Both the position numbers and the translations under genes were made by a program. This document shows, piece after piece, positions 1 to 7,473 of a stretch of 16,561 bases of DNA (the first letter of the stretch is position 1; every line of letters starts with the position of its first letter). Source of the DNA: Myxococcota bacterium (lineage in GTDB: Bacteria > Myxococcota_A > UBA9160 > PR03); assembly GCA_041611735.1 (NCBI GenBank), contig JBFIML010000060.1, forward strand, positions 1 through 16,561, written 5' to 3'. The notes beneath the pieces are model-generated. The model searched no databases and had not been told where the DNA came from. It worked only from the letters and a program-made list of their open reading frames with translations.

Positions 1-1928
1 AGCGCGTGCTTGAAGGTGTAGGTCGCGCTCGGCGCGACTCCTCGCTGAAACAGCAGCTCCGCCTCCACCAGACGCGCGAGCCCTTGGCGCAGCGTCGGCT
101 CGTCCACCTCCGCCACCGCCGCGAGCAGCCAGTAGGGGAACTCCCGGCCCAGGGTTGAGGCCACCTGCGCCATCGGCTTCGCCACCGAGAGCCGATCGAG
201 GCGCGCCATCAACGAGTCCTGGAGGGTGGCCGGAATCGCGAGCTCGGCTACGTCGCCCTCTAGCTGGTACCGGCCCTCATGCTCCGTCAAGAGCCCCGAC
301 TCGAGCACTCCCTTCGTGAGCTCTTCCACGTAGAGGGGAATGCCGTCCGCCCGGGCAACGACCGTCTCGAGCGCCGCCTCGGGCAGGGTGCGCCCGGGCG
401 CGAGCGAGGCAGCCATCTGCCGAGCCTGGCGGCGCGTGAGGCGGTTGAGGGCAAGGGAGGTCAAACTCGAGCGCGCCGGCCAGGGGGGCTCGAACTCGGG
501 CCGCGCCGTGAGCACCACCAGCACCTTCGTCGTCGGGCTCTGCTCGATCAGCATGCCGAGCAGTTCGAGCGACGAGGGATCGGCCCAGTGGAGATCCTCG
601 ATGAGGAGAAGCACCGGCTGCAGCTCACCGAGCGCCAGCGTCCAGGCCACCAACGCCTCGAGGGTCTTCCGACGCTGGAACTCCGGGCTCAACTGGAGCT
701 GCGGGTACCGGTCCGGCAACGGGACTCCGATCAGCGCTCCGAAGAGCGGAACCGCCTCCTCGAGGGCAAGGGCCGAGCCGAGCCCCGCTTCGAGTTTCTG
801 GAGCTTCGAGTCGGGCGCCTCGCCCTCCTGAATGGCGAGCCCCTGGCGGATGAGCTCGATCGTGGGATGGAGGGGGCTGTTCTGCGTGTACGGCGAACAC
901 CGGCACTCGAGCCAGGTGTGGGCCTCGTCGAGCAGCCGCTCGCGAAGCGCCCGGGCCAGCCGCGACTTGCCCATCCCCGCCTCGCCCAGGACCAGCACCG
1001 TCTGGCCCTCGCCCTCCCGCACCCCCTCCCAGCGGTCGAGCAGGAGCCCCACCTCCTGGTCGCGTCCCACGAGCGGGGTGAGCCGGCCCGGGTCCACGTC
1101 GAGGCGGCTGCGCACACCGGTGGCCTGGAGCACGGCGTAGGCGCGGAACGGCTCGGCGATTCCCTTCAAGGGCGGCGCCCCGAGATCCTTCGTCACGAAC
1201 ATCCCCGGGACCAGCCTCAGCGTGGCGCCGCTGATCACCACCGAGCCGGAGTCAGCCACAGATTCGAGACGGGCGGCGATGTTCGTGGTATCGCCGAGCG
1301 CGAGGGTTTCGCTCTTCGCCCTGCTCCCCATCTCGCCCACCACGACAGGGCCGGTGTGGATGCCGACCCGCACCGCGAGCTCGATTCCGTGCTTCGCCTG
1401 GAGCGCCTCGTGGCGCTCGCCGATGGCGTCTACGATCCCGAGCGACGCCCGCACCGCGCGCTCGGCGTCGTCCTCGTGGGCGCGTGGCCAGCCGAAGTAG
1501 ACGAGAAGGCCGTCGCCCAGGTACTGCGCGACGTGACCGTCGAAGCGCTCGATGACCTCGGCGGCGCTCTGCTGGTAGCCTCGCACGACTTCACGCCAGT
1601 CCTCGGGGTCGAGTCCTGCGGCGAGGCGCGTCGAGTCCACCAGGTCGCAGAAAAGCACCGTGAGCTGGCGGCGCTCGGCCTCGGCAGCCTGCCGGACTCC
1701 GGCTGACTCTGGCGATGCTTCTTCCGGGGCAGCGGTACCCGTGCAGGTGATCCACGAAAGGATCTTGCCCTCTCGAGCAGCGATCCGCTGTGCGTCCACC
1801 AGCTCTTCAACGAGGTCTTCGAGGGTGGCGTCATCGAGCTCGAACTCGCGCTGGAGGGCCCGGAGCGAGATGCGGCCTCGTTGGCGGAGCAGCTCTCCGG
1901 CCCGCTGGACGATCTCGATAAAGCTCAC
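1..1928 (-). CDS. Class III adenylate/guanylate cyclase fused to AAA/STAND-type ATPase, with short N-terminal helical domain; 3' end lies outside the window
   Basis: Hand translation of the minus strand from GTG 1928 (in-frame ATG at 1946; GAGGGG upstream) gives MSFIEIVQRAGELLRQRGRISLRALQREFELDD..., cyclase motifs ERRQLTVLFCDLVDST, QYLGDGLLVYFGWP, RVGIHTG and GDTTNIAARL, Walker A GEAGMGKS (~963-986), EDLHWADPSS and YTFKHA at the window edge. The start, Walker A and edge motifs were checked to be in one frame. Confidence 0.93.
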   Translation of the reverse strand, partial: MSFIEIVQRAGELLRQRGRISLRALQREFELDDATLEDLVEELVDAQRIAAREGKILSWITCTGTAAPEEASPESAGVRQAAEAERRQLTVLFCDLVDSTRLAAGLDPEDWREVVRGYQQSAAEVIERFDGHVAQYLGDGLLVYFGWPRAHEDDAERAVRASLGIVDAIGERHEALQAKHGIELAVRVGIHTGPVVVGEMGSRAKSETLALGDTTNIAARLESVADSGSVVISGATLRLVPGMFVTKDLGAPPLKGIAEPFRAYAVLQATGVRSRLDVDPGRLTPLVGRDQEVGLLLDRWEGVREGEGQTVLVLGEAGMGKSRLARALRERLLDEAHTWLECRCSPYTQNSPLHPTIELIRQGLAIQEGEAPDSKLQKLEAGLGSALALEEAVPLFGALIGVPLPDRYPQLQLSPEFQRRKTLEALVAWTLALGELQPVLLLIEDLHWADPSSLELLGMLIEQSPTTKVLVVLTARPEFEPPWPARSSLTSLALNRLTRRQARQMAASLAPGRTLPEAALETVVARADGIPLYVEELTKGVLESGLLTEHEGRYQLEGDVAELAIPATLQDSLMARLDRLSVAKPMAQVASTLGREFPYWLLAAVAEVDEPTLRQGLARLVEAELLFQRGVAPSATYTFKHA

Positions 1929-2003
1929 ACCGGGCCCCTCGCCCATTGCCCCTGGCAGCCTGCCCCCACGGGGTCCAGAGATCAACCCCCGAGGACCGGC
2001 CCC

Positions 2004-2400
2004 TCAGGCGGCACTTTGTCTCTCGGCCTGCTCCCCGTCGCTCAAAGCCGTCCCAGCGCCCCGTTGATCCGGCGCCATCGCTCTTGGGCCATCAGGAACA
2101 GCTTGAACGCCATGAGGAGGCCCTTCTCGCCTGACCCCGCCCCCTTGGTCACGCGCTGGCGCAGCAGCCGCGTGGCGAAGGCCGCTTCGATCACGTTCGC
2201 CGTCCGCAGGTGAACCCAGTGCTCGGTTGGGAAGTCGAAGAGGCTGGGCAGATCGGTCTCGTCCCGCCGCAGCGAGGCCACGGCCTTCGGAGACTTGGCC
2301 CCGTAGTCAATGTCGAAATGATGGCGCGCTGCGCAGATCTCTCCGCGTGCATGATCTCTTGGAGCGCCGCCTTGGCCTTCGCGAAGGGTCCGGCCGAAGC
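2004..2400 (-). mobile_element. IS256 (Mutator) family transposase C-terminal remnant, frameshifted
   Basis: YGAKSPKAVASLRRDETDLPSLFDFPTEHWVHLRTANVIEAAFATRLLRQRVTKGAGS...AFKL...AQERWRRING resembles the IS256 C-terminus (FxFPxEHWxHLRTTNxIES). Flanking pieces in other frames (AKAALQEIMHAE upstream; AGTALSDGEQAERQSAA* ending at 2004) indicate at least two frameshifts or deletions. Confidence 0.88.
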
Positions 2401-2421
2401 GACTGGTCCCTTGCGGTTCGA

Positions 2422-3438
2422 TCATTCCGGTTTCTGCCCCACATACTTCCAGTTCAGGGTCAGCAGCTGCTCTTCCTCCGCTCGGATGTACGATTGGCAA
2501 TTGGCGTTCATGCGGCGAATCATCGCTTCGATCTTTCGAGGGATGACGCGGATCTTCGACAGAGAGGAGAAGATCCTTTCGAACCTGTCGTACAGCGCAT
2601 TCTCCTTCCGAATCATCTCCACCGCACTCTTTCCTTCGGAAGCAATCCGCTCGAAGCCGGCGTTCTCGAACGCGTCCTCCCAATAGCGGTAGTGCCAGAA
2701 GCCTCCAAACGCGGTCAACTCCCGGGCATGCTGGATCAACAACCGCTGGCAGTCGCTCTCGCGAGCGTAGTTGTCGAGTGCGGCAACGTCGTTCGAGAAC
2801 AACCTCCCGCCCGGCTTCAAGACGCGGAACACCTCCTTGGCTGTGGATCCGAGATCGGTTGCGTACGTCAACGCTTGCACGTTGTAGACCGCGTCGAACG
2901 TTGCGTCGCCAAACTCGAGAGGTCCGTTGAAATCAGCGACGGAGAACCGTAACCGCAACCGGTCCAAGTTCTTCCATGCCTTTTCGATCTGCGATCTGTC
3001 GATGTTGATGCCGTATACGATGCATCCCGTCAGCGCCGTGATGTGCGCAGCGATGGCACCGCAACCGCATCCCAAATCCAAGACGGTCGCGCCCTCGCCG
3101 ACCCCAATGTCGTCTGCCAGTTGTCGTTCGAGCAGATCCTGGTTCTCCAAGACCGATTTCTCTACATCGATCGCTGGAGGCATGTACATCTTCTCGACGG
3201 ATCCGAGCGTGCACAGCAAATGGATGATCTTGTAGTACTGCTCGAGTTCCGAGCTGCTCCCCTGTTTGTAGCCTCGCAGCGGAATACCCTTCTCGTAGTC
3301 GTCTTTGGTGTTCTCCGGTGAGTCGGCGAATAGTGCACCGTAGGTGCCCATGAAAGCCTTGAACTCAGCCTCGCTTGTCGTGAACAGACGACCGAGAGCG
3401 ACGGCTTTGGAGTGAAGTTTCGCAATCTTCTGCTTCAT
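2422..3438 (-). CDS. Class I SAM-dependent methyltransferase, sterol 24-C-methyltransferase (SMT/Erg6)-like, 338 aa
   Basis: SAM motif I VLDLGCGCG, GINID, FGDATFDAVY and EVFRVLKPGG. The E-x-x-LA helix precedes motif I, and the size and C-terminus (AGFE...YVGQKP) fit an SMT-like architecture. Purine-rich tract upstream of the ATG. Methyltransferase call is firm; sterol specificity is inference. Confidence 0.8.
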   Translation of the reverse strand: MKQKIAKLHSKAVALGRLFTTSEAEFKAFMGTYGALFADSPENTKDDYEKGIPLRGYKQGSSSELEQYYKIIHLLCTLGSVEKMYMPPAIDVEKSVLENQDLLERQLADDIGVGEGATVLDLGCGCGAIAAHITALTGCIVYGINIDRSQIEKAWKNLDRLRLRFSVADFNGPLEFGDATFDAVYNVQALTYATDLGSTAKEVFRVLKPGGRLFSNDVAALDNYARESDCQRLLIQHARELTAFGGFWHYRYWEDAFENAGFERIASEGKSAVEMIRKENALYDRFERIFSSLSKIRVIPRKIEAMIRRMNANCQSYIRAEEEQLLTLNWKYVGQKPE

Positions 3439-3559
3439 GCTTTGGCTTCTCTTCTTTCACTCGTGCGGGGCCAGGCGAGCGAAGCCCTGGGCCCGCTTGG
3501 CTGCGGACGACCACCCGTGAGCGTACCGCAGGGCCACCGCCCACCGCGATCTTCTGGCT

Positions 3560-3748
3560 TCACCGCTGGCTCTGCTCGTCGCGAGAGTGCGGCTCGATCT
3601 GCGCTTCGAACTCCTGCGTCAAGCTACACGAGACCGCGTCGAGGTCGGCTGGATCCATCTGCGTCGAAAGCCGTCGCAGACGGCGGGCCAGAGCGAGCGC
3701 GCGGTGGTGATCGTCCGACAACGACCGTCGGAAGCGATGACGCTTCAT
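3560..3748 (-). pseudogene. Truncated hemerythrin-like (HHE cation-binding) domain protein
   Basis: MKRH..L.SLSDDHHRALALARRL...FEAQIEPHSRDEQ resembles the first two helices (LSxDHH; HFxxEE degenerated to HSRDEQ). Stops after 62 aa and starts 3 nt after the nnrS stop. Confidence 0.7.
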
Positions 3749-3751
3749 GGC

Positions 3752-4984
3752 CTACCCGGGCCTCCCGTCAAGACGCGGCGACGTGAGGATCGGCCCGTAG
3801 CGGACCGCGAAGAGCCCGAAGGCGCCCGCCCAGGCCAGGCCGCTGGCGAGCAGCAGCGCGGGCTGGACTTCGGCGGGGACGAAGGGAGCCGCCACACGGC
3901 TTGCGGCCGCTCCGTGCACGAGGACGTAGCACCCGATCACACCGGGCGGGAGCTCCAGCGGGCGCCCGGTGTGGCCGAGCCCGACCCGCGTCATCACGGC
4001 GAGGATCGTGGCTCCCATCGCTCCCGCGGTGAGCGCATGCAGGCCTGCCGCGGGGGGAATCGCTGCGCCGAGATCGCTCGCCGCGACGAGGAGGAGACCG
4101 ACGACGGCCCAGGCGGAGCCCGCGTGGAGCGACCACAGCAGCGGATCGGAGCGAATGCGCCAGGTCTGCCAGCCGGCCAGCCGAGCAGCGGCCGCCAGTC
4201 CAGCGGTCGCCGCGAGATAGCCGGTCGCAGGCGTCCGACCCACCACCAGGGTGGCGACGGCCAGAGCCCCGGTCGCTCCGATCGTCAGCGCGTTCAGCCA
4301 CGCCCAGGAGCGGACGGCGCGCTCGAGACCTCGCCGTCGGAGTGCGTTCTGCGTGAATGCGGGTATGATCCGACCCGCGATCACGAGGATCAGGACGACC
4401 ACGCCATCGACTGCGAAACGCAACCCGGGACGGGCGCTACCGGAGGCGAGGCCGAGCACCTCAGCGTGCATGGCGCCATTGGCCGCCGCGAGCGCCACCA
4501 AGATTCCCAGCACGCCGTAGTTGTGGATCTGGCCCGACCCCCAGAGTGTGCGCAGCACGGCGAGCGCCACCGCTGGGAGGAAGGCCAGGTCGATGGCCGC
4601 GACCCACCCTGCCGGTAGCCATCCGCCCCCCGCGAGCGCGAGCCGCCCGGCCGCCCAGAGCGCCACCAGGGCGGCCAGCGGAGCCCCCGTGAGCGCCGGC
4701 CCCCCGGTCCACACCGGCGATGCCGTGAGGAGGAAGCCCGCGATGGCTGCGGCCACGAAGCCGAACATCATCTCGTGGCCGTGCCACCACATCGGAATCA
4801 GCCAGCCAGGTGCCGGGAGCGTCCCGAGCCACACCAGGACCCACCACGGCACCGCGAGCGCTGCGTAGATCGCCAGGCCCAGGAAGAAAGGCCGGAAGGC
4901 CCGGCCCCACAGTCCGAACGGCTCCCTCTCGGCCTGGCCGCCCGCGGCGCGGCTCGTTCTCCGCGGGACAAGTTCGGGGCTCAC
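3752..4984 (-). CDS. nnrS: NnrS family heme/copper membrane protein (nitric-oxide stress response)
   Basis: Motifs AFRPFFL, WHGHEMMFGF, GFLLTA..WTG, GRIIPAFT, LLWSLH, HALTAG, MTRVGLGHTGRPL and PRLDGRPG, with many hydrophobic helices. Start chosen at GTG 4984 (GGAG upstream) rather than 5080. Confidence 0.95.
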   Translation of the reverse strand: MSPELVPRRTSRAAGGQAEREPFGLWGRAFRPFFLGLAIYAALAVPWWVLVWLGTLPAPGWLIPMWWHGHEMMFGFVAAAIAGFLLTASPVWTGGPALTGAPLAALVALWAAGRLALAGGGWLPAGWVAAIDLAFLPAVALAVLRTLWGSGQIHNYGVLGILVALAAANGAMHAEVLGLASGSARPGLRFAVDGVVVLILVIAGRIIPAFTQNALRRRGLERAVRSWAWLNALTIGATGALAVATLVVGRTPATGYLAATAGLAAAARLAGWQTWRIRSDPLLWSLHAGSAWAVVGLLLVAASDLGAAIPPAAGLHALTAGAMGATILAVMTRVGLGHTGRPLELPPGVIGCYVLVHGAAASRVAAPFVPAEVQPALLLASGLAWAGAFGLFAVRYGPILTSPRLDGRPG

Positions 4985-5076
4985 GCTGCGTTCTCCGCCG
5001 GAAAACCGTGGATGCCGACGGCACGTTCCCCCGTGCCCGCCTGCATCCGTGGCGCAGGGGCTCGCGCATGCGTAAC

Positions 5077-5095
5077 ACACATCTTGATCATATGT
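5077..5095. promoter_or_regulatory. Candidate transcription-factor operator upstream of nnrS
   Basis: AT-rich imperfect 19-bp palindrome ACACAT-cttgatc-ATATGT about 95 bp upstream of the nnrS start, containing a TTGAT half-site. Confidence 0.4.
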
Positions 5096-5546
5096 TTCTC
5101 CAGGGACCTGCCCGCGAAGACGAAGCCATCACGAACACCGGCGCGCACAGGAACCGCACGCCGGGAGCTGGCGCACCTGCCTGAGGCCCGACCTCCCGCG
5201 AGGCGCGGGCGCATCGCATCAAAATGCGCTCACTGCGGGCATGGCGAGCTTGACCGCGTACGCCCACGCGCTGATCGGCTTCTTCTGCCCCGCGCGACCT
5301 GCACCCAGATGTGCGCTTCAGCAACGCAGACTCCCCCTGCTTCATGCCCTGCAAGCAGAAGAGCGCGGCGTCGGGGAGCGGAAGCCGCGTGCCCCCATCG
5401 GAGCCGTCCGTTGGGAAAGTCGCTTCCCCCGCTGGGGAACGCGCGTTCCGCAGAGCGGCGTGTCGGCTGGCGGCGAGAACGCGAAAGGCTCCTGATATCG
5501 GTGGCTTGCGGAACGATGGGCGGGCCGATCTCTTGGTCTCGAACTT

Positions 5547-5566
5547 GCATTGTCGTAAGACGATGC
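5547..5566. promoter_or_regulatory. Candidate operator palindrome upstream of the esterase gene
   Basis: GCATTGTCGTAAGACGATGC matches its reverse complement at 16/20 positions. It overlaps a TTGCAT -35-like hexamer and lies about 77 bp before the ATG at 5643. Confidence 0.35.
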
Positions 5567-5642
5567 GTTTCTGAGCGCTCGGTGTTCGGGTGCGCCCCGC
5601 GCGGGAATCCCACCAGAACGCCACCCCAGGCGGAGGAGAGCA

Positions 5643-6833
5643 ATGCGTAGGTTTCTGATCATCGGGCTGGCGCTGGCCGGCGGCATGCTTCTCGGCGCTG
5701 GCGGCCCCCCCGGGCTCAGCGTCCAGGCATTCCTCGAGCTCGCTCAAACGGGGGTGAACAAGTACCTCGGCGAATTCGAACCGGTCTTGTCGCAAGGCGT
5801 CGGTGATGGCTGGGTCAAGCACACCTACGATCCCGACGGAGGCGACGGTCCCATCTGCATCGCGGGCACGCCGTACTCGGCGTTCACCCGGGCGGGGAAT
5901 CCAGCCAAGCTCCTCATCATGCTGCAAGGTGGGGGAGCCTGCTGGCAGGACCTCTACCAGTGCAACCTCTTCGCGGAAGCCCAGGAGCCGCCCGTCGCGC
6001 GGGTCGGAATCTGGGACTTCGACTCGAAAGACAACCCGTTTGCGGACTACTCGATCGTGTACATGCCGTACTGCGACGGGTCCGTCTTCGGGGGGGACAA
6101 CGACGTGGTCGACGGGAACTTCCCGCTCGGGCCAGTTCGCCGCCACCGCGGGCTGCGCAACCTGAGCGCCGGCATGGACCTCGCGAAGGCGACGTTCCCG
6201 CACGCCCGCCGCATCACGGTCGCGGGCTCCAGCGCGGGAGGCGTCGGCGCCACCGCCTTCTCCCCGTTCCTGGTCCGCTTCCTCTACGGGAACACCGCGA
6301 AGCTCACCGTGTTCAACGACGCGGGCCCGATCGTGATCAACCTGGACGCCGTGGACGCGGTCGCTGCCCGGGCGGCCGACTGGCAGTTCCCGCAGTTCTA
6401 CCCTGCGAGTTGCACCGAGTGCAGCGCCTCCGGTCAGCAGACCGCCATCATCAAGTGGAGGCTGGACAACGATTCGACCATCCGAGAGGCGTTCTACGAG
6501 ACGGACGGGGATTCGACCAATATCCGCTTTGCCAGCGTCAACCTGCCCGGCTTCTTCGACCCGCTGCCCCCGATCATTCCCTTCCCGGACGGGCTGTCGC
6601 AGAGTGAGTACCGCGCTCTCATCCTGGCGGAACACGGTGCCCTCAACGCCGCCCACCCGAACCGCTACAAGCGGTTCATCGTCAGCGGTGACTCGTCCCA
6701 TACGGCACTCCAGTCGCCCTTGTTCTACGGCCAGGATGCGGACGGCGTGCCCCTCAACGAGTGGACGGACGACTTCCTGGTTCCGAGGCCGTTCTGGGTC
6801 GACATCGTGGAGGACTTCGTGCCGCTTCCCTAG
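5643..6833 (+). CDS. Secreted pectinacetylesterase/Notum-family alpha/beta hydrolase, 396 aa
   Basis: Signal-peptide-like N-terminus (MRRFLIIGLALAGG...), CIAGT, LLIMLQGGGACW, VYMPYCDGS, nucleophile motif GSSAGG, NDAG and a C-terminal His (SHTAL). Strong RBS GGAGGAG. Confidence 0.88.
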   Translation: MRRFLIIGLALAGGMLLGAGGPPGLSVQAFLELAQTGVNKYLGEFEPVLSQGVGDGWVKHTYDPDGGDGPICIAGTPYSAFTRAGNPAKLLIMLQGGGACWQDLYQCNLFAEAQEPPVARVGIWDFDSKDNPFADYSIVYMPYCDGSVFGGDNDVVDGNFPLGPVRRHRGLRNLSAGMDLAKATFPHARRITVAGSSAGGVGATAFSPFLVRFLYGNTAKLTVFNDAGPIVINLDAVDAVAARAADWQFPQFYPASCTECSASGQQTAIIKWRLDNDSTIREAFYETDGDSTNIRFASVNLPGFFDPLPPIIPFPDGLSQSEYRALILAEHGALNAAHPNRYKRFIVSGDSSHTALQSPLFYGQDADGVPLNEWTDDFLVPRPFWVDIVEDFVPLP

Positions 6834-7008
6834 CCTCGGCACGCCTCGATCCATCGGCCCGCGCCCGATCCTACGGCAGGGCGCCCAAAGCACGACGCCA
6901 CGGGCCTTCGCCCCAACGAGACTCTGATCGACGTGCGCGAGCCCGGTTCCGCGGCGCCTCACGGAAGGCCGGGTTCATGACCGCCTTTGGCGGTCCCATC
7001 GAGACGTC

Positions 7009-7473
7009 ATGACGGCCGAAGCGCTTTCCCTTCCGGTTCTGGTGCTTCACCTCGCAGCCACGTTCTACATAATGGGCCTAGTGTGTTTCGTGCAGCGGGT
7101 CCACTATCCGCTGTTCGCCGGCGTGGGCTCGCAGGAGTTACCAGCCTATGAACGCGCACACGTGTCGCGCACCAACCCGGTCGTCGGCCCGCCCGTGCTG
7201 GTCGAGGCTCCCACGGCGCCGGGGCTGGTCGCGCTGTCGACTTCGAACGTCCAGCACGCCCTGCCCTGGTTGGGCGTCGGGCTCCTGGCCGTCATCTGCC
7301 TCTCGACCTCGCTGCTCCAGGTTTCGCGGCACCGCGCGCCATCGCTGGGATTCGACACCTCCGCACATCGACGCCTCGTCACCAGGAACTGGATCCGCAC
7401 GTCTGCGTGGTCGTTGCGCGGCCCGCTGGTGCTGTGGATGGTCTTTCGTGCGTGGGCCGGAGCCTCGACGTGA
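7009..7473 (+). CDS. Small four-helix membrane protein of unknown function (VHYPLF-type), possibly drifting
   Basis: Four hydrophobic segments with motifs VQxVHYPLF, YExAH, VVGPP and NWIRTxAW. Its TGA overlaps the GTG of the next gene (GTGA at 7470-7473). Confidence 0.72.
   Translation: MTAEALSLPVLVLHLAATFYIMGLVCFVQRVHYPLFAGVGSQELPAYERAHVSRTNPVVGPPVLVEAPTAPGLVALSTSNVQHALPWLGVGLLAVICLSTSLLQVSRHRAPSLGFDTSAHRRLVTRNWIRTSAWSLRGPLVLWMVFRAWAGAST

Noticed and set aside
279..1706. 475-aa plus-strand ORF
   Set aside because: Antisense shadow of the cyclase-ATPase gene; all recognisable motifs are on the minus strand.
2400..2683. N-terminal half of ORF 2042..2683 as a transposase
   Set aside because: Overlaps the methyltransferase in another frame; only the part below ~2400 is IS256-like.
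5100..5540. Short ORFs and a GCGCAT-N9-ATGCGC inverted repeat in the nnrS-esterase spacer
   Set aside because: No SD, coding bias or recognisable motif; a 6-bp GC-rich repeat is expected by chance.
5088..6962. 624-aa minus-strand ORF
   Set aside because: Antisense shadow of the esterase caused by GC3 bias; no motifs.
6905..6980. Peptide LIDVREPGSAAPHGRPGS resembling a rhodanese N-terminal motif
   Set aside because: Too short, no start or continuation, and lacks the E and GHI residues; may be chance.
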